Part shown: piece by piece, positions 39,804 to 50,140 of the stretch | Position numbering within the stretch: position 1 is the first letter of the stretch | Layout: every line of letters starts with the position of its first letter | Source of the DNA: Candidatus Gottesmanbacteria bacterium | GTDB taxonomy: Bacteria; Patescibacteriota; Microgenomatia; UBA10105; UBA927 | Direction of reading: 5' to 3' | Assembly: GCA_023245355.1 (NCBI GenBank) | Contig: JAHFKN010000002.1 | Coordinates: 8,460 to 72,459 of the forward strand | Length of the DNA stretch: 64,000 bases | The notes under the pieces: model-generated | Databases searched by the model: none | The model's input: only the letters and a program-made list of their open reading frames with translations | Told to the model about the DNA's origin: nothing | Program-made: the position numbers and the translations under genes

Positions 39804-39931
39804 TCAGGGAGAATATCATACATGCCACAGGTGTTCAAGATGTGCATTGCGGCTCCTCAATATACGGCCCTTCCTCCAGACAACGCTTGTCTTCCTTATG
39901 TAACCCATACTATACTTCCCAATAGGTATAA

Positions 39932-40444
39932 ATGAGCAAACAACACTCTCCGGAACCGGCTGATAAAAATGAAGGTCCTTTGCCTCCGGGATTCCCGCAC
40001 TATACCCGATTATTTTCCGCATTACCCCGACTCCCACGGCTGAGCATTACCGGGAAAATATTGATATGGTCGGTTTTGACCATTGCCATATACACAAACC
40101 TGACGATAACGGATTTCGCTGCAGCAAAACAACTTAATGCCTTCTTAGGACAGCGCATGACGTTTTTTGCCTCCGGAAAAACCTCACAGGCTATATTAGG
40201 AGCATCACAAACACAGCCAAACGGTAATAACCAGATACATACCACAGCGGACACCAGGTATGCGTACTGGATGGAAATTATCCGCGCACACCCGGATTAT
40301 CGTGACGGGTATTTTATGGTAGCCACCCTCGCCTATCAACGCGGAAATATACGGGAAGCGCGGGAATATCTGAATAAAGTCCGTGAAATTGACCCTAATT
40401 ATCCGGGCATTCCGCAGTTGGCTGAACTGCTTTCTGAAGAATAA
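39932..40444 (+). CDS. TPR-like repeat membrane-anchored protein
   Basis: One TM and C-terminal TPR-like helices (YFMVATLAYQRGNIREAREYLNKVREIDPNYPG). Confidence 0.45.
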   Translation: MSKQHSPEPADKNEGPLPPGFPHYTRLFSALPRLPRLSITGKILIWSVLTIAIYTNLTITDFAAAKQLNAFLGQRMTFFASGKTSQAILGASQTQPNGNNQIHTTADTRYAYWMEIIRAHPDYRDGYFMVATLAYQRGNIREAREYLNKVREIDPNYPGIPQLAELLSEE

Positions 40445-40447
40445 TAA

Positions 40448-41155
40448 TTATTTTGCTTCCGGTTTAGCAGCGTCCTCCGGCTTTTTCTCAGAAGATGCTT
40501 CCTCTGTCTTGGCACCCTCTTCACCCGCAGTCGCGCCTTCTTCTGCGGCGGTCGCGGTTTGTGCTGCGGCCTCCTGCGCTGCCTGCTCTTCAGCTGCTTT
40601 ACTTACCAGTGCACCGACTTTCACGACACCGACTGTGCTGTCAGAAAGTACCGTAACTCCCGACGGAATACTCAAATCCGAAACTTTTAATTCCTGATCT
40701 ACCTCAGCAAGTACCGATACATCCACTTCGATCTTTTCCGGTAAATCAGTCGGAAGTGCCTCCACTTCAATTTCGGAAACAAGACTTAACAATACTCCTT
40801 GCTTTTGTACCACGACCGGTGATTCACCGACAAATACCAATGGCACGTTTGCATGAACCTTCTCTTTAAGGTCAACCTGGTGAAATTCTACGTGAAGTAT
40901 GGAGTCCTTCACCGGATGCCGCTGTACATGATGGACCAGTACCGGCTTCGTACTTCCGTCCAACACAAGCTCAATAAGTCCGGTTAATCCAGTTTCAGCA
41001 AACACCTTCGCAAAATCCATAGAAGAGACGAGAAGATTTTCGCTTTCTAATTTTTTGCCGTACACGGTCGCCGGAAGCTGTCCCTGCTGTCGCAGCTTCT
41101 TCACTTTTCTACCCAACATTTCGCGCTTTTGTGCTTTCAACGTATGTTTCTTCAT
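40448..41155 (-). CDS. rplY: 50S ribosomal protein L25 (Ctc form with C-terminal acidic/Ala-rich extension)
   Basis: KREMLGRKVKKLRQQGQLPATVYGK N-terminus typical of L25/Ctc. Confidence 0.85.
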   Translation of the reverse strand: MKKHTLKAQKREMLGRKVKKLRQQGQLPATVYGKKLESENLLVSSMDFAKVFAETGLTGLIELVLDGSTKPVLVHHVQRHPVKDSILHVEFHQVDLKEKVHANVPLVFVGESPVVVQKQGVLLSLVSEIEVEALPTDLPEKIEVDVSVLAEVDQELKVSDLSIPSGVTVLSDSTVGVVKVGALVSKAAEEQAAQEAAAQTATAAEEGATAGEEGAKTEEASSEKKPEDAAKPEAK

Positions 41156-43680
41156 AAGTTTTTTTGAAATATCACGCGGAACTTCGCGTCTTTAGTAAGA
41201 GTTGTATTGTACTCAAGGACAGACCCTTTTGCAATACCGCCCTCTCCTGACGAGCTCCATGACCCCGGATACCGCAAAACGACATGCCAAGGTATTTCTG
41301 ATACTCCTGACTGCTTTCTCATTGTCAGCTGATAAATGGCGGACGTGTCAAATGCGAGGGCGCCATAGCGTTTCCATGACAATGAAAGCTGACTTGTCTG
41401 CCGCGGACGGACAGTTATGGGGATATGCACAATGCTGTATGTTTTTCCTGATTCCTCAAACCAATATGGTGCGGGCGGCGGGACGGCATTTGTCACATCG
41501 CGTGCCGGCACGAGTGCCCCGTCTAGACTTACTTCACGGACTTCCGCGCCGAGAGGAATCAGCAATCTCATATATACCTGGTATGCCCCGCTCCCGTCCG
41601 GCAACACGGGTGCACCGTTTGAAATCTTAAGGGTTAGTGCGTGTTCCAGAGTTCCGTCGGGATCGATAGTTATTTGTGACAACACCTCCCGTGTTACGAA
41701 AAAGTTTGTTTTATTCACACCGAGGTTTGCTTCAATAATTGCCAACCCGTCACCCTTACACGGAATTTGCTGTGCAACGACATCACATGATTCAAGCGTC
41801 ACTTCCCCACCCCAGTTCCACTGTGTGACGAGCGCCTGCAATTGCTGATCCACAAAATAAAACTGTATGTCACGTGACTGAATGGATTCCGTCATGACAT
41901 GAAGCAGTGCTCCTGCGGACAATGACCGGTCCGTTGTGATTCGCGTAAGCAGTGCATTTGTGAGTGCACCCAAAAAATCTTTCTTCTGCGTGCTGCCCGG
42001 AAAAAAATCCGTTTGGGTATACAGCAGCGATTTCGCAAAAAAATTGCCGGCGGATATCCGCTCGTTAAAATCAAGCAGCTCTATCGGCCCTGTCACGGAC
42101 AGCAATTTTGTCACCATCGGAAGACTTATCGCAATCACGCCATCAACTTTTACACCCATTTCCTTTTCATAAAACCATGCTGCTTTCTCGCCGCTTACCG
42201 AAAAATTCGGATCCCAGTTACTGTCGCGGAGATACCAGTGCTCATTCCCGAGTATCTCCCTGATAGCCAAAGGCGGATCTACATGCCCTTTTAATTGACC
42301 GTCAGCCGTATACACATCCTGGACATCCAGCGATTCAACACGTCCGTCCAAAAATGTCACCAGCAGAAGACTGCCGATAAATCCTCCTGTCGGCCGCAAT
42401 TCCATGCTGTTTTGGAGCAAAACCAGATACGTCTGTTTTTTCCGGAAGCCGCCGATACGCGGGTATAACGCAAGAAGTTTTTCTGTGTATCCCACTATTT
42501 CCCTTACTCTGCTTAATTCCGTAATTCCTTTGTTTGCCATTCTTGACACGGTCGCAGTATTAAACGGAAATCGCCTGCTCATAAGTAATGAGTCAAGTTG
42601 CGCAGCTACCAACGCGAGATGCTGCGATACCCGGGATACCTCACTGGTTAATGCCGTCACTTCTACGAGCCCTGCTCGCTGTTGTTTATCCTCCGGAAAA
42701 AATATTCCTCCCGCAACGATTCTGCTTGTCCGGAAAATCGTCAGTACTCCGGACTCGACTTTAGACACGTCATCTAATATAGAGAGTAACCGCTCCTGGT
42801 CCTGTACCATTCCTCCCTGACCCAGTAACACAAAAACCGGGGATCCCAGATGCAGCAATACCTGCGCCGTCTGTACATAAGAATTGCCGTACCCTAATAA
42901 TGTACCGGTCCACCTCGACTCGCCTTTCGTTAAAGTTTTCCCTGCCGCTGCCAACAGTCCGATTCCGGCCCCGACTGAAAGTATATACAACAGAACCGGC
43001 ACAAGCAGCGTTAACAGACCTAGGATTACCCACTGAAATCCCTTTACTCGTGTGCGCGTTGCTTTGACTAAGCCGTATTGTTTCTTGGAAGCAAATATCA
43101 CCTGCATGGCATCCGCGATACGTTTCTTGTCACTTCTGTTTTGTGACTCCGCTTCTGCTGTGTACTCACGTGGTGGTTCCGTTATGATTACACTCTTCTT
43201 TTTTAAGGGACTGAGTTCTTTTCGGCTGCTTTTGATTTGCGCACGCTCAGTGAAGAAGAACGTGAATATCGACCGCACCTCAGTTGCGGATATTGTGTGA
43301 GGGTCAATAAAGTAAAATTTAATTTTCTGCTGACGGACCGAAGACAGGTCGTTCTCATCGCCTTCGTAAATTACCGCAAGTTTTTTTGAGGCTGTCCAAT
43401 CTGCCTGTTCGAAAAAAGATTTCACGAAGTCGGCGTCACCGACACAAATAACGTAGTGAGGAACGGCCGCAGTATCCCGATTGATGACCGTGCGGCACCC
43501 GTGCGACTCCAAATATTCCCGCAGGGGTTCTACATAAAGCGCATTCTGCGCCTCAATCCGGGCTATCGGAGAAGCCAATTCTCCGGAGGTATTTGATTCA
43601 TGCATTGAAGAGGTCATAAAAGGAGTAATCCGCCGTGTTTGTATTATGACAAAACAAGGTACCGAAAACAACACAAACAA
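41152..43680 (-). CDS. Large membrane-anchored hypothetical protein, DUF4012-like
   Basis: Single TM after a ~200-aa cytoplasmic region. ELRPTGGFIGS motif. Large extracytoplasmic domain. Confidence 0.45.
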   Translation of the reverse strand: MFVLFSVPCFVIIQTRRITPFMTSSMHESNTSGELASPIARIEAQNALYVEPLREYLESHGCRTVINRDTAAVPHYVICVGDADFVKSFFEQADWTASKKLAVIYEGDENDLSSVRQQKIKFYFIDPHTISATEVRSIFTFFFTERAQIKSSRKELSPLKKKSVIITEPPREYTAEAESQNRSDKKRIADAMQVIFASKKQYGLVKATRTRVKGFQWVILGLLTLLVPVLLYILSVGAGIGLLAAAGKTLTKGESRWTGTLLGYGNSYVQTAQVLLHLGSPVFVLLGQGGMVQDQERLLSILDDVSKVESGVLTIFRTSRIVAGGIFFPEDKQQRAGLVEVTALTSEVSRVSQHLALVAAQLDSLLMSRRFPFNTATVSRMANKGITELSRVREIVGYTEKLLALYPRIGGFRKKQTYLVLLQNSMELRPTGGFIGSLLLVTFLDGRVESLDVQDVYTADGQLKGHVDPPLAIREILGNEHWYLRDSNWDPNFSVSGEKAAWFYEKEMGVKVDGVIAISLPMVTKLLSVTGPIELLDFNERISAGNFFAKSLLYTQTDFFPGSTQKKDFLGALTNALLTRITTDRSLSAGALLHVMTESIQSRDIQFYFVDQQLQALVTQWNWGGEVTLESCDVVAQQIPCKGDGLAIIEANLGVNKTNFFVTREVLSQITIDPDGTLEHALTLKISNGAPVLPDGSGAYQVYMRLLIPLGAEVREVSLDGALVPARDVTNAVPPPAPYWFEESGKTYSIVHIPITVRPRQTSQLSLSWKRYGALAFDTSAIYQLTMRKQSGVSEIPWHVVLRYPGSWSSSGEGGIAKGSVLEYNTTLTKDAKFRVIFQKNL

Positions 43681-43725
43681 ATTGAGCCTTTTAGGTATCG
43701 GGAGAAGTATCGGACATGAGCAAAC

Positions 43726-44163
43726 TCAGGAATCGAGCGCGTGGTTAACGAAATAGTCCGCGCGCCTGTTTTGCTCCCTGGGGACGGCGGCGTATCTGAT
43801 GACTGCAGGAAGACTCGACTCAAGAATCCTGACTGACGTAAGCAACTCCCGAAGATGCGGCTCTTTCACTTTATACAGTCCGTTTATCTGATGCACGACA
43901 AGCGTTGAGTCCAGATAGAACATCACTTCGTCCGACTCCCCCGGCCGCGACGGTTCATCGAGCGCAATCAGATACTTCAGGGCTTCTATCACGGCAGTGT
44001 ACTCGGCGGTATTATTGGTAGTCTCGCCTATTTTTTTTCCAAATTCAGAGACAACTCGCGTTTTATGATCCTTCCCGCTCTCCACTGATTCGATTACTAC
44101 TCCGACTGCCGCAGGTCCGGGATTACCACGTGCGCCTCCGTCGGTATGAATAATGAATTTCAT
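43726..44163 (-). CDS. rnhA: Ribonuclease HI
   Basis: HTDGGARGNPGPAAVG, TNNTAEYTAVIEAL and LDSTLVVHQ catalytic blocks. Confidence 0.85.
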   Translation of the reverse strand: MKFIIHTDGGARGNPGPAAVGVVIESVESGKDHKTRVVSEFGKKIGETTNNTAEYTAVIEALKYLIALDEPSRPGESDEVMFYLDSTLVVHQINGLYKVKEPHLRELLTSVRILESSLPAVIRYAAVPREQNRRADYFVNHALDS

Positions 44164-45452
44164 TTTGTGTTTCCTGAAGAATTAAAATCTATTTTTTTGA
44201 AAACAACAACTGCTGAAGATAATAACACAAACACTTCGGAGAGTACGGTGATCCATGCCGCGGCCGTCATACCGAACCGGGGTATGAATATGCTGTTACT
44301 TATTATGTTTCCTATCATTGCCGCTCCGTGAATAAGCAGAAGAACTCCCTGTAATTTGCGTGCGATAAGAAACCACATAAATAATGCAGACGTGAAAAAA
44401 ATCGGTAATCCCAAAATAAGAATCCTGAGAGGTACCTGTGCGCCGGCAAAATCCGGCCTGACAAGAGCGACAAACGGAGCGGCTACCCAGAACAGTATTC
44501 CTAACACCAGGGAACTGCCGAACAAAAACTGAAGTGAGCGGGTAAAAATTTTTTTCTGGCTGTTATATGAGAGAAGCAGCGGATATACGGCGTTCATAAA
44601 AAAAATCGGGAGAACCAGAGGCAACTCAAAAATTTTGTATGCCAGGCCGTAAATACCTACTTCACTGGTCGAACGTGTCAGGGTAAGCACAACACTGTCC
44701 GAGTGAAAATATATAAGATTAAAAATTAGCGCCAGCCCCAGGGGAGTACCGGTACGCATATATGACGCAAACTCCGGAAGTGAAATTGCAGGCCTGATAG
44801 TACCCAGACGGTTCCGCACCAAGCCAAGCGCGATAATTGCAGTAGCCAGACTACCGGCAAACACGGATATGACTCCCAGGTACGGCCCGGATACGGAAGT
44901 CCACAAAGACAGCATCACGGCAACGACGAGCATAGTAATGGATCCGGTATTTAATGCAATTGTGGAAAGATCGTAACGGAGCATCTGCTGAAAAAATGCG
45001 TTCGTCGTAGTTGTAACTGCCTGCGCAATAATAACCGGGACCAGCATGACAATACCGACCCGCACAAGCATCGTATACCCCTGGCCGCTCCCGGAGGGGA
45101 TAAGGGAGAGAATAATAAGTGCTACGCAAACGAGCAATATACTTATTACCAGACGCAGGCCCAACAACAATTGCCACGCCTTGCCTGCGGTTTTGATTTC
45201 ATCTTTATCAACACCGATGATCCGCTGAAGATACACGGCATTTAGCCCAAAATCGGCGATCAGGTAAAAAAAGCTGACGTATGTTGTGATTTTTACGAAA
45301 TCACCGTATCCTTCCGGACCATACCGCTTGGCGATTAATAAACTAACGATGACAATCGTGACGGAACTTACGGCTCTTCCGATAAGCTGACTCACCGTGT
45401 TACCGGCCACGATTCGCCTCAGTGAACCTTTGGGAAACAAATCCGTAAACAT
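44160..45452 (-). CDS. Polysaccharide/oligosaccharide flippase (Wzx/MOP superfamily)
   Basis: 430 aa with about 12 TM helices and a MOP-family architecture. Confidence 0.65.
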   Translation of the reverse strand: MFTDLFPKGSLRRIVAGNTVSQLIGRAVSSVTIVIVSLLIAKRYGPEGYGDFVKITTYVSFFYLIADFGLNAVYLQRIIGVDKDEIKTAGKAWQLLLGLRLVISILLVCVALIILSLIPSGSGQGYTMLVRVGIVMLVPVIIAQAVTTTTNAFFQQMLRYDLSTIALNTGSITMLVVAVMLSLWTSVSGPYLGVISVFAGSLATAIIALGLVRNRLGTIRPAISLPEFASYMRTGTPLGLALIFNLIYFHSDSVVLTLTRSTSEVGIYGLAYKIFELPLVLPIFFMNAVYPLLLSYNSQKKIFTRSLQFLFGSSLVLGILFWVAAPFVALVRPDFAGAQVPLRILILGLPIFFTSALFMWFLIARKLQGVLLLIHGAAMIGNIISNSIFIPRFGMTAAAWITVLSEVFVLLSSAVVVFKKIDFNSSGNTK

Positions 45453-45470
45453 GGAGCCATTGTAGCACGT

Positions 45471-46796
45471 TCACCGATTTTCGCTTGTGAACGCAAATGA
45501 AAAAAGGACGACAATCCACAGCTGTCCCTGCTGAAGCGTAAGAGGGTAGTGATCTGCAAAGCCGGCCATAAGCACCCCGCACAATGAAAGAAAAAATATG
45601 TGTGCTGAGGAAAACGGCTGTACATGAATATGACGGATCAGATTCTTTACGCGTATCCAGATAGCAGCGAAAAACAGGCATAAACCAAGCAACCCTGTTT
45701 CGGATAAAAGAAGAAGGTATATATTGTGAACTGGCTGCAGAAAATTAATCTGCCTGCCCGCCGTACTTTGCGGCAATGCAACCAAAAAATTACCGAGCCC
45801 GATACCAACGACGGGCGACTGCCGCCATAATGAAATAGCGACATTGCTCAGAGTAATTCTGCGGACGACACTTTCATCGGACAAGGACGGCTGAAATATA
45901 CCTGTCATGGTAATAAGGCTGATGACAAAAAAACTTATCACGATGAGGAAAACCGTAAACGGTACGTTTCCGCTGTGCGATCGGCTGGAAAAACTCCGAA
46001 GGAGGATACCCATAATTCCGATAAGAATTGCGGCCCCGATACTCCATGCACTCCTGCTCAATGTCAGCGCCAATGCAATGTATCCCAAAATGAGTACAAC
46101 CCAATAATAATACCTGTGCATCGTGTGTTGCTTTGTCTGAAAACTCATAATCAGTGCGTAGATGATAAAGGGGAGTGAGGTTGCCAAAAATCCCCCCAAC
46201 ACATTCGGGTGAGGAAACGTCCCATATGGCCGGAGTAACAGTTCACAGGTCGAAATAAACGGGGAACAAAAGTTAAACCGGGAAATACCCGGAGTATCCA
46301 AAGCAAATGCACGTTCTCCGAGAAACCAAAACAATCCGCCGGCTGAGTGTTGGAGGATAAACTGAGTGATCGCCAGACCGGATGAATACAGTATCCCTAC
46401 GGACAGTGCGTCAATCATCTCTTTGATGACCGGTCTTGTGCGCACGATATACCAGCCAAGTCCTGCAAATTCCAATATTTTCATCCACTTGTAGAGAGCC
46501 ACTTCCTGATTGGCCGAATGCAATACGTTTACCGTAACCGCACCCAGAATAGCCAGTGCGATAATAACCAGTCGCCCGGGAATACGAATCACAGGGTGGT
46601 TTCGGTTTTTCGCTGCACTCTGTATCCACCAAGCCGCCAACAGGGCAATAAGCACGAGGTCAGTCAGGAATATTGTAGGGGAGAGGTAATCAATTTTTCT
46701 TCCGAGCAGGTATGCCCATGCAGGCCAAAAATGAAATCCAAGCTGAGTCGGGAGAAGAATAAGCAAAAACAAAAATAGCCGCCGGTGAATAGCCAT
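45471..46796 (-). CDS. O-antigen ligase/polymerase-family (Wzy_C) membrane protein
   Basis: 441-aa polytopic protein with a large periplasmic loop near the C-terminal third, as in the WaaL/Wzy family. Confidence 0.6.
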   Translation of the reverse strand: MAIHRRLFLFLLILLPTQLGFHFWPAWAYLLGRKIDYLSPTIFLTDLVLIALLAAWWIQSAAKNRNHPVIRIPGRLVIIALAILGAVTVNVLHSANQEVALYKWMKILEFAGLGWYIVRTRPVIKEMIDALSVGILYSSGLAITQFILQHSAGGLFWFLGERAFALDTPGISRFNFCSPFISTCELLLRPYGTFPHPNVLGGFLATSLPFIIYALIMSFQTKQHTMHRYYYWVVLILGYIALALTLSRSAWSIGAAILIGIMGILLRSFSSRSHSGNVPFTVFLIVISFFVISLITMTGIFQPSLSDESVVRRITLSNVAISLWRQSPVVGIGLGNFLVALPQSTAGRQINFLQPVHNIYLLLLSETGLLGLCLFFAAIWIRVKNLIRHIHVQPFSSAHIFFLSLCGVLMAGFADHYPLTLQQGQLWIVVLFSFAFTSENR

Positions 46797-46826
46797 TAGC
46801 GCTATTATACCTCTCTGTGAAGCTGA

Positions 46827-47276
46827 TTATTTCGGTTTTACCAGAAGCGTGCGCTCATCACCCTCGCCTACGGATTCGGTTTCAATGCGTTCATCGCCTG
46901 AAAGTGTCAGGTGAATGATGCGGCGTTCTGACGGAGTCAGGCGCGCAAGCTCAACCGGACGACCCAATGCCAATGCCCGATCCGCGGCGCGTTGGGCCAT
47001 ATGCATAAGCGTTTCCTCACGCTTTTCCCGGTAATCACCGACATTTACATATGCTTTTACCCATCTGCCGAGCGATTTGGAAACGAGTATGCCTAAGATA
47101 AGCTGCAGACTCTCCAATGTCTTCCCGTGATGACCGATCAGCAATCCTGTTTCTTCCGTTTCGATACCGACCCGGAACGCGCCCGTTTCATCGGTTGTCA
47201 CGGCGACCGATCCTGCAATTTCCAGCTTAGCGAGCAAATCTTCTGCAATATGTTGAACTGTTTGTGTATCTTCCAT
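46827..47276 (-). CDS. jag: Jag/KhpB-like KH-R3H RNA-binding protein
   Basis: Lies downstream of yidC. KH-like GHHGKTLESL and R3H-like RRIIHLTL. Confidence 0.65.
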   Translation of the reverse strand: MEDTQTVQHIAEDLLAKLEIAGSVAVTTDETGAFRVGIETEETGLLIGHHGKTLESLQLILGILVSKSLGRWVKAYVNVGDYREKREETLMHMAQRAADRALALGRPVELARLTPSERRIIHLTLSGDERIETESVGEGDERTLLVKPK

Positions 47277-47287
47277 AGGTATATATA

Positions 47288-48082
47288 TTATTTCTCAGCG
47301 TTAATGCGGAGTTGTTGCATAATACCAAAAAGTCCGAATACGTTCCAGTAGAGCGCCAGCCCTAACGGAAACTGGTACGCAAACATCCCGAACATGACGG
47401 GAGTTATCATCGCCATCTGCTTCTGCATTTCCGCAGCCGTATCCTCGGGCTTCTTTTCATCTTTCCCGGGTGTTGCCAATTGTTTACCACCCTGTGCCGG
47501 GGCAACCTGCGGCATCATGAGTTTACTTTGCCACCACTGTAATCCTGCCGTAATCACGGGAATGAGCAATAACCACCAGCCGCGTGACTGCCATTCGCTT
47601 GGTTTCACCCCAAGATTCGTACCGAAAAATGACAAATCCAGCTGGGAGAGACGCAGAGCAGGGAAGTATAAAACTGCATTCAGATCAGTCACTAATTTTG
47701 TGATGTTGCCGTTCTGCAGTACCTGGTAGAAAACATTGTACAGTGCAATCAGCACCGGCATCTGGATAAGAAGAGGGAGACATCCGGCTGCAGGATTCAC
47801 CCCGTGTTCCTTATACAAATCAAGCTGTGCCTGTTGTAACGCCTTTTTATCATCTTTGTGCTTTACATTCAGGGCATCTAAATGAGGCTTTAACCGCTGC
47901 ATCTTTTTCGCGGATTTCATTTGAGCCGCCATAAGCGGGTAGAGAAGCAACCGGATAATAATCGTAAGCGCGATGACGGCAAACCCTAACGGACCGGGAA
48001 TATGCAGCCACTCAAACAACTTATAAAAAGCCACCAACAAATTGATAATCGGGTTAACAAAAAGGATATTCCAATAGTTCAT
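47288..48082 (-). CDS. yidC: Membrane protein insertase YidC (short Oxa1-like form)
   Basis: Conserved first TM region LIRLLLYPL...QMPVLIALY. Five TM core. Confidence 0.85.
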   Translation of the reverse strand: MNYWNILFVNPIINLLVAFYKLFEWLHIPGPLGFAVIALTIIIRLLLYPLMAAQMKSAKKMQRLKPHLDALNVKHKDDKKALQQAQLDLYKEHGVNPAAGCLPLLIQMPVLIALYNVFYQVLQNGNITKLVTDLNAVLYFPALRLSQLDLSFFGTNLGVKPSEWQSRGWWLLLIPVITAGLQWWQSKLMMPQVAPAQGGKQLATPGKDEKKPEDTAAEMQKQMAMITPVMFGMFAYQFPLGLALYWNVFGLFGIMQQLRINAEK

Positions 48083-48111
48083 ATATTTTGTTCTCCTTGT
48101 AACAAATCTAC

Positions 48112-48345
48112 CTAAACGGGATCGTGTCCGCCTTTAGACCAAGGATGACAACGGAGAATTCGTCTCAGTCCCAAAATCGATCCTCTGATTATACCATAGC
48201 GATCGATTGCTTGATATGTATACTCGCTGCATGTCGGTTGAAATCTGCATGCGCTGTCGACCAGCCACAGGGATTTGAGCAATCCCGTATCAGGGGAGAG
48301 ATATTTTTGGTAAAACCGTATAGCGGAAAGAATACGGCGCTTCAT
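48112..48345 (-). CDS. yidD: Membrane protein insertion efficiency factor YidD
   Basis: [10 protein letters not shown]...[13 protein letters not shown]. Confidence 0.8.
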   Translation of the reverse strand: MKRRILSAIRFYQKYLSPDTGLLKSLWLVDSACRFQPTCSEYTYQAIDRYGIIRGSILGLRRILRCHPWSKGGHDPV

Positions 48346-48686
48346 ACTGATGCTCCGGTCAATAACTGCTTTTCCGCCAGGAGATTCCGTACAAGTGCAT
48401 GAACCGCGTCCTCGTGATCCGGCACTGCTGACCGCACCACAAACACTCCGGATGTTTGTTCTTTGATAAACGGCAGTAATTGCTGTATTGCTTCCCGTAT
48501 CAGCCGCTTCATGCGGTTCCGTTTCGCGGCTCGCTTATCCACCTTTGCGGAAACGATAACGGCAAACCGGGGGTGTGTTTGTTTTTTTTGGTATATAAGG
48601 TCGATACATGTACCGCGGATACGCGTTCCGCCGCGCAACAACGGAGGTATTTCTACGGAAGGAAGCCTATTGTAAGAAGAAAGCAT
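48342..48686 (-). CDS. rnpA: Ribonuclease P protein component
   Basis: [13 protein letters not shown] motif. Position lies between rpmH and yidD. Confidence 0.8.
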   Translation of the reverse strand: MLSSYNRLPSVEIPPLLRGGTRIRGTCIDLIYQKKQTHPRFAVIVSAKVDKRAAKRNRMKRLIREAIQQLLPFIKEQTSGVFVVRSAVPDHEDAVHALVRNLLAEKQLLTGASV

Positions 48687-48692
48687 GCGCTG

Positions 48693-48830
48693 TTAGACGG
48701 TAAGTTTTTTCCGTCCGGTTGCCCTGCGTCGTTTCAACACGAGACGGCCTTTGACACTTTTCATGCGCTCACGGAATCCGTGCACGCGCTTTCTTTTCAA
48801 TTTTTTCGGCTGGTAGGTGCGTTTCGGCAT
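48693..48830 (-). CDS. rpmH: 50S ribosomal protein L34
   Basis: [45 protein letters not shown]. Start trimmed from the ORF track. Confidence 0.9.
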   Translation of the reverse strand: MPKRTYQPKKLKRKRVHGFRERMKSVKGRLVLKRRRATGRKKLTV

Positions 48831-48892
48831 GGTGTAAGTATATCCAAAATCAGCACTGAACACAATACTACGCAAATTATGGGAACCCTGCG

Positions 48893-50140
48893 TTACTCAC
48901 CGATTTTTTTCACCCATGCCTTAAATTGCTCACCCCGGTCAGCATAATCCCGGAACATATTGTAACTTGCACTTGCAGGGGATAGGAGACATATGTTCCC
49001 TTTCTTAGTATTGGCATATGCTACATGAACCGCTTTTTCCATCGATTCCACATGGTATACCTGAGTTTGTTTTTTGGTGCGTTCCGATAAAGCATCCCAA
49101 ATCCGCTTCCCCGTATCAGGAAACAGAATAAGCGTTCCCACCGGATGGGTATCCAAATAGGCACCAAGCACGGAATAATCCAAATGTCTGTCGTAACCGC
49201 CGGCAATCAATGTAGAAACCTCCGGTCCTAACGCCGCTAAGGCATGAATCGTAGCCTGCGGAATCGTTGCCAATGAATCATTGTAAAACCGGATGCCATG
49301 ATATTCACCGGAAAACTCGAGCCGATGGGGAAGAGGCGTAAATGTTGCAAGCTGTCTGTCGATTATCTCCTGAGAAACACCGGTTACCCGTGCAACCATA
49401 ACTGCCGCGGCAATGTTCTCTGCATTCCCTAATATGTGAGAAGCAGAAACGCCGGACTCATTCACATGAAACGGTTTGTGTACGGCTTTTCCCATTCGTG
49501 CTACCGCAGCTACTTCCGGGTGATCCGGGTTATATACCATGACATCTGACCCCGTCTGATACCTGATAATATTTGATTTTGCCGATACATACGACGCAAA
49601 ATCCCGGTAGTAATCCATATGCTCTGACACGATGCCCAACAGGACGGCGATATGCGGACTATACCGCACATCGGAAAGCTGATGACTGGAAAGTTCGATA
49701 ACAAATACCGTATCGGGATTCTCACTGTCTAACTCATCTAACATGGGGGTCCCGATATTACCTACCAACCGCACGTCCGCATAGTGCTTAGTAAGTATGT
49801 GTGCAATAAGACTGCTTGTCGTGCTTTTCCCCTTGGTTCCGGTAACTCCGACGGTCATTCCTTTTACAAGAGAAAAAAAGATATTCGTAGCCGACGTAAC
49901 ATGCCCGCCTTTTTGAACATACTCCTGCATCTTTCCGGAATACGGGGACACACCGGGACTCCGTATAACGGAATCGTAGTCACCAAGATGCTCAAGATAT
50001 GCGTCCCCGTCTGTTTTTTTGTCCGCTATAGCAATATGAAGTGACGGATAATGCTTTTTGAGCCACGCATGAACGCTTTTTCCCTCCCGTCCGTACCCGA
50101 GAATTAAAACGGAATTACCCCGAATTTCATTTGTACGCAT
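48893..50140 (-). CDS. murD: UDP-N-acetylmuramoylalanine--D-glutamate ligase
   Basis: [12 protein letters not shown]-terminal Rossmann, Mur ligase P-loop [21 protein letters not shown]. Start placed at MRTNEI. Confidence 0.7.
   Translation of the reverse strand: MRTNEIRGNSVLILGYGREGKSVHAWLKKHYPSLHIAIADKKTDGDAYLEHLGDYDSVIRSPGVSPYSGKMQEYVQKGGHVTSATNIFFSLVKGMTVGVTGTKGKSTTSSLIAHILTKHYADVRLVGNIGTPMLDELDSENPDTVFVIELSSHQLSDVRYSPHIAVLLGIVSEHMDYYRDFASYVSAKSNIIRYQTGSDVMVYNPDHPEVAAVARMGKAVHKPFHVNESGVSASHILGNAENIAAAVMVARVTGVSQEIIDRQLATFTPLPHRLEFSGEYHGIRFYNDSLATIPQATIHALAALGPEVSTLIAGGYDRHLDYSVLGAYLDTHPVGTLILFPDTGKRIWDALSERTKKQTQVYHVESMEKAVHVAYANTKKGNICLLSPASASYNMFRDYADRGEQFKAWVKKIGE

Noticed and set aside
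48831-48892. oriC/DnaA boxes next to rpmH
   Set aside because: No TTATCCACA-like boxes and no dnaA gene adjacent. The intergenic space is only about 60 bp.
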